A stretch of DNA of 64,000 nt from Lepidodermella squamata (lineage: Eukaryota > Animalia > Gastrotricha): NCBI GenBank assembly GCA_047495785.1, contig JBLDXI010000012.1, positions 992,001-1,056,000 of the forward strand. Reading direction: 5' to 3'. Positions 54,624 to 63,545 of the stretch are shown here, one piece after another. The notes under the pieces were generated by a model. That model did not search any database. It saw only the letters and a list, made by a program, of their open reading frames with translations, and was not told the DNA's origin. Within the stretch, counting starts at the first letter, position 1; every line of letters starts with the position of its first letter. The translations under genes and the position numbers were made by a program.

Positions 54624-55766
54624 TCAGTAAGTTAACATTTTCGCGATGAAAATACCAGATGAAGCTAAGATGACTAGAGCACAGAAAGAGAAGCACGCCA
54701 AATCGCTGATATTCAGGGTTTTAGTCAGAAATAGTTTCCTGTCCTGCTTGCGACATTTCTTTATCAAGTTATTACAGATGTAGCAAGAAATTGAGGAGTA
54801 AACCGTGATGACAGTCGCAATGCCGAGTTGAATGGTGAATATAATGGAAATGTAGCTCAACTGAGAAGTTGTTGGCATTTTGTCGTCTATGTTTGTTTGA
54901 AGAACCCCCAGCGCTAGTTGACAAGTTATAGCATATGCCGACCGGTCTGGGGCACTAGCCGGAATACCGAAGGCGGCTAATTGCAGCGTCATCAGAAAAG
55001 CCATTGGAATTATTGCTATGTAAATGAACTGTAACGGGCGGCGTCTGAGCGTGATGCTGAAATGGGCTGCATCGTCAAAAGAACCGCATTTCGGTCTGAG
55101 CATCACCCCACTGCCAGTCACATACCACTGCGAGCTTTCCGAAGTGAATTCGACTTGCTTCGATGGAATACCAACCTTGATAGCTAAATTGCCGAATGTG
55201 ACGTCAAAGCATGAATCCAAGTGGCCGAATTTGAAAATGCAAGTCTGCTCATCGAAAGGAAAGTGGAGAAAGTCAAGCGGGCAAACTGTTGAAATTGCTG
55301 GCACAGGCGGATAGAATACGACAGTCCCATTACGCAGCGCGAATACCGTTTCGAGCTCTTTTTCGTATTTCACCGTTGCATAAATGTCTTCGGGGTTGTT
55401 CATATGCAGAAGCCCAGGTACCCAGTTGCTTTGCGGGGTCATAATCAGCTGTTTGACATCTTCGAACTCGCTGATGTTATCCCAGTTGACGAGCGGGTCA
55501 TGCCATTCGACTCGTAAATCGGGCAAAACAGTGAGTGTTTCGCCTTTCTCATCCAATGAAATAAAACTCAAAGCTCGAAAAGTCAAGTTTAGCGATATCA
55601 CATCCCGTTCATTCAATTTTGGCGGGTCGCGTTCTGTAATGTGGGCGCTGTCCCGTCGTTGTTGCATGAGCGATTGAAGCCTTGAACTGCTCCAGTTTGG
55701 ATTTCGAGCAAAAGCACATTCCGAATAAATAAAGAGAGCAAAAGCAAGTCTCAAGCAAAGATCCAT
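54624..55766 (-). CDS. Intronless Cys-loop ligand-gated ion channel subunit (divergent nAChR/5-HT3-like)
   Basis: Signal peptide; WHDP; WVPGL; Cys-loop CPLDFLHFPFDEQTC; pre-M1 LRRRP; four hydrophobic helices; KMPTTS M2-M3 linker; very short M3-M4 loop. Confidence 0.9.
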   Translation of the reverse strand: MDLCLRLAFALFIYSECAFARNPNWSSSRLQSLMQQRRDSAHITERDPPKLNERDVISLNLTFRALSFISLDEKGETLTVLPDLRVEWHDPLVNWDNISEFEDVKQLIMTPQSNWVPGLLHMNNPEDIYATVKYEKELETVFALRNGTVVFYPPVPAISTVCPLDFLHFPFDEQTCIFKFGHLDSCFDVTFGNLAIKVGIPSKQVEFTSESSQWYVTGSGVMLRPKCGSFDDAAHFSITLRRRPLQFIYIAIIPMAFLMTLQLAAFGIPASAPDRSAYAITCQLALGVLQTNIDDKMPTTSQLSYISIIFTIQLGIATVITVYSSISCYICNNLIKKCRKQDRKLFLTKTLNISDLACFSFCALVILASSGIFIAKMLTY

Positions 55767-56194
55767 GGGGAGATGACGTTAGCGACTATTATAATTCACA
55801 TCTGAGATCTGCTGTCTCTGCAAATTTTCCATTAATTTTGGATAAATAAATCACACGAAGAAGAAAGTGCTTTTATTATTCTCGCTAATTGTTGTTTGCA
55901 TTCGGGTATATTTCCAGCTTCAGGTTTATTTGCATTCAAATTTTATGGCGAAAATCTATGGCGAAAACACTCATCCGAAGTTCGTTTCATCCCAAAGACA
56001 GGCGAATATTTTTTGTTTCTTATCATCGAAAAGACATCAGTCAAGGAAAACGAAATTAAAGGTGGAAAATAAATATTTTCGCCCGAATTATTGCGATGGA
56101 TTCCGAATCCCGACGGCAGAAAATAATTATTTTGTCCCGCAAAATAGAGAAATTGTTCCGATAGAAACATCTACGTGCGCTGAATTCTAACTGA

Positions 56195-56266
56195 GGCCCG
56201 TTGGTCTAGGGGTATGATTCTCGCTTCGGGTGCGAGAGGTCTCGGGTTCAATTCCCGAACGGGCCC
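56195..56266 (+). tRNA. tRNA-Pro(CGG)
   Basis: GGCCCGTTGGTCTAGGGGTATGATT-CTCGC-TTCGGGT-GCGAG...GGTTCAATTCCC. Confidence 0.95.
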
Positions 56267-56347
56267 AACGTTTTTGTGTGTTTGCATAACTTATTTTTTT
56301 TTATGGCAAACCGACAAGTTGACGCAGCACATCGCCGCATATGCAGC

Positions 56348-56419
56348 TCCCTGATGGTCTAGTGGTTAGGATTCCGCGCTTTCACCGCGGCGGCCCGGGT
56401 TCGATTCCCGGTCAGGGAA
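56348..56419 (+). tRNA. tRNA-Glu(TTC)
   Basis: TCCCTGATGGTCTAGTGGTTAGGATT-CCGCG-CTTTCAC-CGCGG...GGTTCGATTCCC. Confidence 0.95.
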
Positions 56420-56506
56420 CAATAATTTTTCTTCTAAATTTTCTGAAATTTTGGATTACTAGTATCTAGATTGTATGATTTTATTAGGTACCCCCGCAGT
56501 CATCCA

Positions 56507-56579
56507 GGTTCCGTAGTGTAGTGGTTATCACGTCTCCTTCACACGGAGAAGGTCGCGGGTTCGAACCCCGCCGGAACCT
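56507..56579 (+). tRNA. tRNA-Val(CAC)
   Basis: GGTTCCGTAGTGTAGTGGTTATCACG-TCTCC-TTCACAC-GGAGA...GGTTCGAACCC. Confidence 0.93.
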
Positions 56580-56648
56580 TTTCGAGCATTTTTTCGACTA
56601 TTCTGATCTTTAAAATAAAGCCAGATTCACACCCTATTACAATCACGA

Positions 56649-56720
56649 GGGGATGTAGCTCAGTGGTAGAGCGCTTGCTTTGCATGTAAGATGTCCCGGG
56701 TTCAAACCCCGGCATCTCCA
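56649..56720 (+). tRNA. tRNA-Ala(TGC)
   Basis: GGGGATGTAGCTCAGTGGTAGAGCG-CTTGC-TTTGCAT-GTAAG...GGTTCAAACCCC; carries the G3:U70 pair. Confidence 0.95.
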
Positions 56721-56822
56721 CCATTTTTTAAAATCTGTGCTATTATTCCGCCGATCGACGTTTTGCCATGTCGATTTTACGGTTCGATGCAGTAAAAAAG
56801 ATAAGCGAAAAAATAAGCATCA

Positions 56823-56894
56823 AGGCTCAGGGGGGGATCGAACCCTCGATCTTCTGCTTACTAGGCAGACGCTCTACCACTAAGCTACTGAGCC
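56823..56894 (-). tRNA. tRNA-Thr(AGT)
   Basis: Reverse complement GGCTCAGTAGCTTAGTGGTAGAGCG-TCTGC-CTAGTAA-GCAGA...GGTTCGATCCC. Confidence 0.93.
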
Positions 56895-57086
56895 GATGGG
56901 TTTTACATGTTGCTTTATTATTTACACAGCCGATCTATTGAATCCGCGACTTACAGCACTTATACACATGACTTGCTAACATTTTGGGAGAAAATTTTTG
57001 GGAAATGGGCATCGAGAGCCTGCAGAACGTGCCAATATATCACACCGATGAAAAAAAATGCGGTAAAAACAGGGTAAAAAAGCTTG

Positions 57087-57159
57087 CGCCCTCCGGGGGA
57101 CTCGAACCCCCGACCCTGTGATTAAAAGTCACATGCTCTACCGACTGAGCTAGGAAGGC
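57087..57159 (-). tRNA. tRNA-Lys(TTT)
   Basis: Reverse complement GCCTTCCTAGCTCAGTCGGTAGAGCA-TGTGA-CTTTTAA-TCACA...GGTTCGAGTCCC. Confidence 0.95.
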
Positions 57160-57230
57160 CGTTAAGATACAGCGAGACTCAGAACATTTTATTGCATTTC
57201 GACGAAAGTTTCGCCCGTTGCAAAAATAGT

Positions 57231-57303
57231 TGACGCTGATGGGACTCGAACCCACAATCTTCGGATCCGAAGTCCGACGCGATAGCCATTTCGCCACAAC
57301 GCC
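57231..57303 (-). tRNA. tRNA-Arg(TCG)
   Basis: Reverse complement GGCGTTGTGGCGAAATGGCTATCGCG-TCGGA-CTTCGGA-TCCGA...GGTTCGAGTCCC. Confidence 0.92.
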
Positions 57304-57369
57304 CGTTCAGTAAAACACTGCTAGAAAAGTTTTTAACATGAATATACAACGCCGAAATAAAATTCAGTT

Positions 57370-57413
57370 GCTGAAAGTAGAATTTAAACCCGTTAACCAC
57401 TCGGACATGATGC
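57370..57413 (-). pseudogene. tRNA-Ser-like remnant lacking anticodon and variable arms
   Basis: The plus-strand GCTGAAAGTAGAATTTAAACCC-GTTAACCACTCGGACATGATGC resembles both ends of the tRNA-Ser at 342-423 with the middle deleted. Confidence 0.55.
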
Positions 57414-57495
57414 TAACCTTATAGGCTCAATATAGCCTGGAAAATAACTAAAAAGCAAGCTTACTTAAGCAGCTTTCAATCTCATTACTATGTCA

Positions 57496-57579
57496 GTCAG
57501 GATGGCCGAGCGGTCCAAGGCGCTGCGTTCAGGTCGCAGTCAGTTTCTACTGGCGTGGGTTCGAATCCCACTTCTGACA
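57496..57579 (+). tRNA. tRNA-Leu(CAG)
   Basis: GTCAGGATGGCCGAGCGGTCCAAGGCG-CTGCG-TTCAGGT-CGCAG, a long variable arm, then GGTTCGAATCCC. Confidence 0.95.
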
Positions 57580-57772
57580 CACAGTTTTTTGACGTCATCT
57601 GCCAGTGACTCATTCAATGAGGTAAAAATTGCTCTGACATGAGGATTTCTCGAGCGGTTATCACATCTGAACACGAATCAGCTGTTTTTCGAATCGTCTC
57701 TAAATGAAAAAAATGGAAGTTACCACGAAAAAAATGTAACTGCCTGCCACTGTCTCGAGTTATGTGTGACTC

Positions 57773-57833
57773 TGCCACGGCCTGGAGTCGAACCAGGGTC
57801 ACCTCGGCCACAAACAGGAATACTAACCGTGGC
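57773..57833 (-). pseudogene. tRNA-His(GTG) pseudogene with D-arm deletion
   Basis: Reverse complement GCCACGG-TTAGTATTCCTG-TTTGTGGC-CGAGG-TGACCCTGGTTCGACTCCAGG-CCGTGGCA. The acceptor stem and T-arm are intact, and about 11 nt of the D-arm are missing. Confidence 0.75.
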
Positions 57834-58259
57834 TGATTTCGCGGTTGGCGAAGTTATCGATGGCGGGTTTTTTCGTAGTAAATAAAACACATAACCATTT
57901 GAAAAAATGTTCGACTCTTGGTTAAGAAAATTATCAAGTAATATTGTGTTTACTCAGAAAACAGAAGATGCCTTCCCGCATTGTTCTCGCCATAGATATA
58001 ATTTCAAATTTCAAATTTCAAAATTTCTCAGACATATCAAACTCAAACACAAACAGGTGTGGCGCGAGAGTGGTGTGATAAGCACGCGACGAGCTTGTTT
58101 TTTACGACATAAATGCCATCGATTTAGGTAAGTGCAAGGGTTTCCAGGTTGAATCAACCAGGTTGAAAATTGGAACAAAACAAGCTCGCGATTTCGGTAA
58201 AAAGATGAGCACGTGGAAAATTAAATGGAGTTGCATAACAGCCCAACCTATTGGCTTAT

Positions 58260-58817
58260 CAATCAATCAATCAATTTATTTGCAAACTTCGTTCACAGGA
58301 CTAGAAGGGCACGCAGGCCTCTTACACTAACCCGATGCAATAAGATTTCCTTTACAATATTTCTTCAAATTCACGCGGTACAGATTTCGTTTTACGATAT
58401 TGTTCTTTATATCAGCAGGTAAATTATCGTCAAAGTTAAATACGGTAGTCGGCAATCGATTCCAAGTGTTTACAGTACGGTTCAAAAAATAGTTCTTATA
58501 AATAGGTTTGGTGGGATTTTTGCACTTCATATTCGGATTTAAAACAGAGAAGCGAAAACGATGACCTCGATTGTTATTCAACAAAAATTTTATATTATTA
58601 GAGATAGATGTTTTAACAGACCCATTAATTATTTTGAAAAGGAAGCAAAGATCGTATATAAGGCGCCGTTCTTCGAGAGACACTAGCCGAAATTTTTTTA
58701 GACGCTCGGAATAGGACGGACGCGAAGGATCGTAGGGTGATAAATTAAGAGCACGGCGAGTAAAGTAAGATTGCAATTTTTCTAATTTGTCAATTTCATT
58801 TTTAAACCAAGGTATAA
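58260..58817 (-). mobile_element. 5'-truncated CR1-like LINE
   Basis: PWFKNEIDKLEKLQSYFTRR..SYSERLKKFRLVSLEERRLIYDLCFLFKI..RGH..FLNRTVNTWNRLP. It ends in AATAAA plus an (ATTG)n tail, with a possible TSD GCTTAT. Confidence 0.85.
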
Positions 58818-58820
58818 GCT

Positions 58821-58828
58821 TATATAAA
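58821..58828 (+). promoter_or_regulatory. TATA box of the secreted Gly/Arg-rich protein gene
   Basis: TATATAAA lies about 90 nt upstream of the ATG at 58911. Confidence 0.5.
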
Positions 58829-58910
58829 CCCCGCTCGGCAAATTAATTTTCAACAAGCCCAAGCTGTATTCTCAATTTATATCAAGTGAATATATTTTTT
58901 GAAATCAAAC

Positions 58911-59575
58911 ATGCGTGCTATTTTGGTTGTGGCTGTTGTCGCCCTCTTCTGCATCGGTAATGTCCTGAAATGCGAACCCTACTTTCAAAAATTTCCATTC
59001 ATTTAGTCGCCACCTCGGCGAACCTCGGAAAGCGTGGACGTGGCGGCAATAATGTCTCCGCCTCGGTGAACAAGCGCTCGGCCTCCGCCTCGGCTGGTGA
59101 CAACCGTCGTGGTGGTCGCTTCTTCGGCCACAAGGGTCGTCGCGGCAACTTCGCCTCTGCCTCGGTCAACCGCCGCTCCGCCTCGGCTGCTGCCGGCAAC
59201 AACCGTGGCCGTCGCGGCTTCTTCGGTCGCCGTCGCGGTGGCAACTACGCCTCGGCCTCCGTCAACAAGAACTCCGCCTCGGCGAATGCTGGTGACAACC
59301 GTGGTCGCCGTGGTCACTTCTTCGGCCGCCATGGCTCCCGCTCGTCCGTCTCTGGTTCCTTCTACGGCCGTCGCCACGGACGCGGTTTCTCTGGCCGTCG
59401 CTTCGGTCGCCGCGGTTTCGGATACGGCCGTCACGGTTACGGTCGTCGTGGATTCTACGGCCGTGGTCGCCATGGCTACGGCTACGGTCGTTTCGGCCAC
59501 CGTGGCTACTATGGCAGCGGTTCATCCTCGTCCGGCGACTTCTACGGCCGTCGCAATGGCTGGTACTGGAATTAA
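58911..59575 (+). CDS. Secreted Gly/Arg-rich repeat protein (204 aa, 2 exons)
   Basis: Exons 58911-58956 and 59007-59575; signal peptide MRAILVVAVVALFCIVATSA; three SASVNxxSASAxAGxNR..FFG repeats followed by a GR/GY-rich tail; strong codon bias. Confidence 0.85.
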
Positions 59576-59721
59576 GCGTACTCGCGAAAGAACTTGCTCA
59601 AATGTCGACTTTGCGTCGAAATGTTAAATCTATTTATTCAGAGGGTTGCAAATAAGATCAAGATCATAAGATAAAAGATAACAAATTTCTCTCCACAATT
59701 AGATACTTTTTTATCCAAAAA

Positions 59722-60804
59722 ATGCGAACTGTCTTGGTTTTGGCAATCATCGCTCTGGGCTGCATTGGTAAGTCTTCACCTTATCCTAGTCGTCCAAATT
59801 TATAATATTTATTTTTCTTAGCCCTCAGCTCAGCTGGCGGCTACGGTGGCCGCGGTTATGGCAAAGGCAAGGGTGGTCGCAAGCAGGCCTCTTTCTCGGC
59901 CTCGGTCGCTCATCGTGACACCTACGACCGCAAGGCCGCCAAGGCTCAGCAAGAATCTGCTGCCGTCGACTACGCCTCGGCCGATGCTTCCCACAACGCG
60001 CGAACCAGCGACAAGCGCAAGCTGATCAAGGAACGATCGGCCAGCCACGAACGCGCCTCGGCCAACTACGAATCCGCTGGCAAGCGCGACTCTGTCTACG
60101 ACCAGAAGAAGTCCAAGGCCGGCAGCAAGCGCCGTGGTCGCAAGATCCGTGAAAGCGCCTCGGCCGCCTTCGCCAAGCACGACAACGCCTACGCCGACTC
60201 TGGCGCCGCTGCTGCTGCCCAGAAGTACCGCCGCAACAAGAAGCACGGCCGTGCCGACCGCAAGCGCAAGGCTGCTTTCCACAAGGACCAGGCTCATGAC
60301 AAGAAGGGCGAAGCGATCGAGTTCAAGAAGAAGACCTTCGCCGACAAAGGCCACAACAAGATCAACAAGTTTAGCTACGAATCCGCCTCCAATGACTTTG
60401 GTGCCTACGACTCCACCGGCGCTGCCACCACTGCCAGCCGCAAGAACACCGCCAAGAAGGCCCATGGCAAGAAGGCTCGCCAGGCCCACTCTGCTGCCTA
60501 CGCTTCCCGCGACTCGCAGGCCTCGGCCGCGGCTGCCTCGAAGAAGGCGAAGCGCAACAAGGCCCACCAACGCCGCGCCTCGGCCTCCGCCACCCGTGCT
60601 GCCCACAACGCCCGTGACTACAAGGCCAGCAGCAAGAAGACCTCCGTCTCGGACTCTGCCCACACCCGCAAAGCTGGAGCCAAGTACGGCCGAAAACGCG
60701 CCAATGCCTCGGCTGAACGCGCCACCCACGACTTCCGCAAATCTGTCTCCGCCGGCTATCGCGATGGTCGCTATGGTGGTCGCCACGGCGGTTACTACTA
60801 CTGA
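59722..60804 (+). CDS. Secreted Ala/Lys/Ser/Arg-rich basic protein (342 aa, 2 exons), absent from the ORF track
   Basis: Exons 59722-59767 and 59822-60804; signal peptide MRTVLVLAIIALGCIALSSA; exon 2 is open for 983 nt (GGYGGRGYGKGK...GRHGGYYY-stop); extreme C/G third-position bias; AATAAA near 60896. Confidence 0.88.
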
Positions 60805-61074
60805 AAACTGATTCAAGTTTATTCGTGAGCTTTTCGCCGCACTGCAGAGATGATGTTGAATTATTTTTCAAATAATCACCGAAATGTCCATTCGAAATAA
60901 AGAACATGAAGTTTTCATCCTCAATTGTTTGCTATTAACATTAATTACAGTATGGGGCTTAAATATTGAGCCGACTTCATTTATTCACAGCGCAGTCATT
61001 TCGGCTCCGATTCTCACAAATCTCATACCGTTGGAATGTTCATGAGAAATGGTTTATTCCCCTAAACTTTCGCT

Positions 61075-61558
61075 CTATTTTGAAATTGAAAAATCTCAAA
61101 TAGCGTCATAACCGATTTGGCTGATTTTTTGGCTACTTGCAGATGAAGCTCTCGTCTACATGCTGGTATAAATTTTACGGGCGGCAACCTTTCCACTGAT
61201 TTTTTGTGAATTTTCAAAAAGTACTCCTTTTACCATATTTTTATGCTATCTGTGACGAGTTTCCAGTGATGAATCATTACTAAACAGAGGTAAAATATTT
61301 TAAAATTACCATAAAAATTCCAGAAGTGATTGAAAAAATTTTCAGGCGATAATTTGTGGATACAAAATATTTAGAATATTATGGAAACAAATATAAATAA
61401 TTTTTTTAGGGTTTTACTAGTCAAAATACCGCGAATTTTCCCTCCAAATTGGTCAACTTGCCAGCTCTATAAATTATATCAAAATGAAGCTTAACACAAT
61501 CCCTGTCCCCGTCCGTGAATTTTTTCAGCCAAATTCAAATTTTTCAATTTCAAAATAG
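61075..61558. repeat. Inverted-repeat element, probably the internal arms of a Tc1/mariner-like MITE
   Basis: CTATTTTGAAATTGAAAAAT at 61075-61094 is a perfect inverse of 61539-61558, with an inner ATTTGGCTGA/TCAGCCAAAT pair. A TA-CAGT start lies near 60946. Confidence 0.45.
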
Positions 61559-61928
61559 GCAACCTTTTTCAGTTGATCACTGCTCACTTTTTGCAGTACA
61601 CAGATTATTACCCTCATCAAGTGATTTCTTGGCACGCGACCCAAAATGCAAAAAATTGTGGTGATTCATCTCGGCACTCATAAATGTACTAGCGTGTCAG
61701 ATCTACTGTATTTATTTATCTATGGAAAAAATTAAGCTTTTGTAACGCCTTCTCTGATTCTTAAATCAGCGCAGTATTTTTAGGAACGTATACCGCCAGT
61801 TCATAGTCTAAAATTTTAAAAGTTACTCTTCATAATCGCATAAAGCGGCGAAGCGCGTTATACAGAAAAATTATTTTTTATTTTAGAGGAGAATAGAGAT
61901 TTTGAGTCCGTAAAATAATAGCCGAGAA

Positions 61929-62902
61929 ATGTACATACGGTTTACATCAACGAGCGAATTCAAATATTTGCAGGTGTTAGGCAGCGGTGGCTTTGGCACG
62001 GTCTACTTGTGCCATGCGGTTGAAACCTCTGAGAAATTCGCTGTGAAAGAGTTTAATGTGACTCGACTGGACGTTCGGAGCTGGACGTTGGTAAAAGAGA
62101 CCTGCGATGAGGTAAGCTGTTTGATTGCATCAACTTTTAAGCAGTATATTTCTCATTACAGTACAAAAAGTTGAAACAACTGCCTCACCCTAACATCGTG
62201 AGAGTTTTTGGGGAATTTGTAGGTATGAAAACCGTTTCTGGGTTGAGATCAGGCGTTCTCAGCTGCGTATATTTTAGAGTTATACAGTGGCAATGACAAC
62301 TCGAAAGACGATTGTCTGATGAACTACCTGGTAATGGAGTACTGTGAAGGCGGAGATTTGGGCAGTCGAATCGGAGAGAAAATAAGCGAGGTGCAACTGC
62401 AATCCTGGGCCAGACAGCTAGCGTCTGCGTTGAAGTATCTGCACGACAAAGGCATCGTTCACCGGGATGTCACGCCGAAAAACATTTTTTCAAGCCGTGA
62501 TGGACAAACGGTGAAGCTAGGCGAATTCGGCAAACACTTGAACAGGTATTTGAGCTGAATGATTAAGTTTTCCAACTCGCTAAAACTGATCCTTTTATCG
62601 CAATATTTTTCAGAGTAGAAATTACGTCATCTAAGAAATCTTGTGCTTCCTGGGTATATGCAGCTCCGGAGTACATCATCACCAGCAATTATCACCGCTC
62701 CTGTGACGTGTGGTCGTTTGGCGTTACTCTTTACGAATTGGCAAACGTTGTCACCCGGCTGAAGCTAGCAGGACGTATCTTGCAGGATTGTGTTCCGCTC
62801 ATTTTCGCTCTTGTGCCACCCTTGTGCCATCAGTCTGAGGGCCTAAATAGTTTATCCAGGTGTATTCCAGAGATTGCTGCATCGATTTCATCAAGTAATT
62901 AA
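61929..62902 (+). pseudogene. Divergent or truncated Ser/Thr kinase (NEK-like)
   Basis: Exons 61929-62111, 62162-62222, 62278-62545 and 62614 onward. Motifs LGSGGFGTV, AVKE, HPNIV, VMEYCEGGDL, HRDVTPKNIF, KLGEFG, YAAPE and DVWSFGVTLYEL; similarity then ends abruptly at a repeat. Confidence 0.65.
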
Positions 62903-63094
62903 CGATTGACGCAATTAAGGGTCACAGTACATGCGCCCTGTTCTAAATTAACCTCGCAGGATACTGTGCCAGTCATAAAACTTGGTGGACTGGGGTAGAA
63001 TTTTGCGCCGATTACGAATATGCAATCCTCTTGCGTGTCCAATCTGCACAAAATTCGATTTGTGCCATTATTTGTGAACATAAGCAATAAAATG

Positions 63095-63545
63095 ACCCAT
63101 CACGTGACCTTCGACCTCAGGTGAGCTTGTGCCGGCAATGCAGGATTGACCAATCGATAGAGCGGGGTCGATTACCCTAGTTTGCCAATTGACAGCCCAA
63201 TGCAATCAAAATTGAGTGTGGAAAACGTAGCCGAAATACCGTAAAATATCAATTTTTAGCACCGCAGGGTGACTACAACAAAAAGTGGGTCAAACACCCT
63301 TGCAGGATTGTGTGCCAGGCATTATGATATGACCGTCTAGACCAGTTTTCGGCCCTGATCACGAATTTCAAGTCCGTTTGCGTAACCGGAGCCGGCAAAT
63401 CGGTTATTTTGCCTGATTTATGAGGAAAAACCGCAAAAATTGGCTTGTCACGTGACCTGTGACCCCAGGTGTGCCTGTGCCAGTGGCGCAGGAAGCGCCA
63501 TTCGATCGGGCGTGGTCGAAAACACTTGCTGTCAGCAGGGCAGCT
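63095..63545. repeat. Interspersed repeat with internal ~80-bp direct repeats (Helentron-associated-like)
   Basis: TCACGTGACCT..GACC.CAGGTG..C.TGTGCC...TCGAT.G.GCG.GGTCGA occurs near 63100 and near 63448. The family assignment is only by motif resemblance. Confidence 0.45.

Noticed and set aside
56721-56723. Genomic CCA after tRNA-Ala
   Set aside because: A three-base match that also occurs in other eukaryotic tRNA-Ala genes; not evidence of prokaryotic origin.
59003-59627. Thr/Ala/Val-rich ORFs overlapping the Gly/Arg-rich gene
   Set aside because: They are alternative-frame shadows; only the GR-rich frame splices to the signal-peptide exon.
59830-60816. 328-aa antisense ORF and 225-aa off-frame ORF (60134-60811)
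   Set aside because: These are shadows caused by the extreme codon bias of the real spliced gene at 59722-60804.
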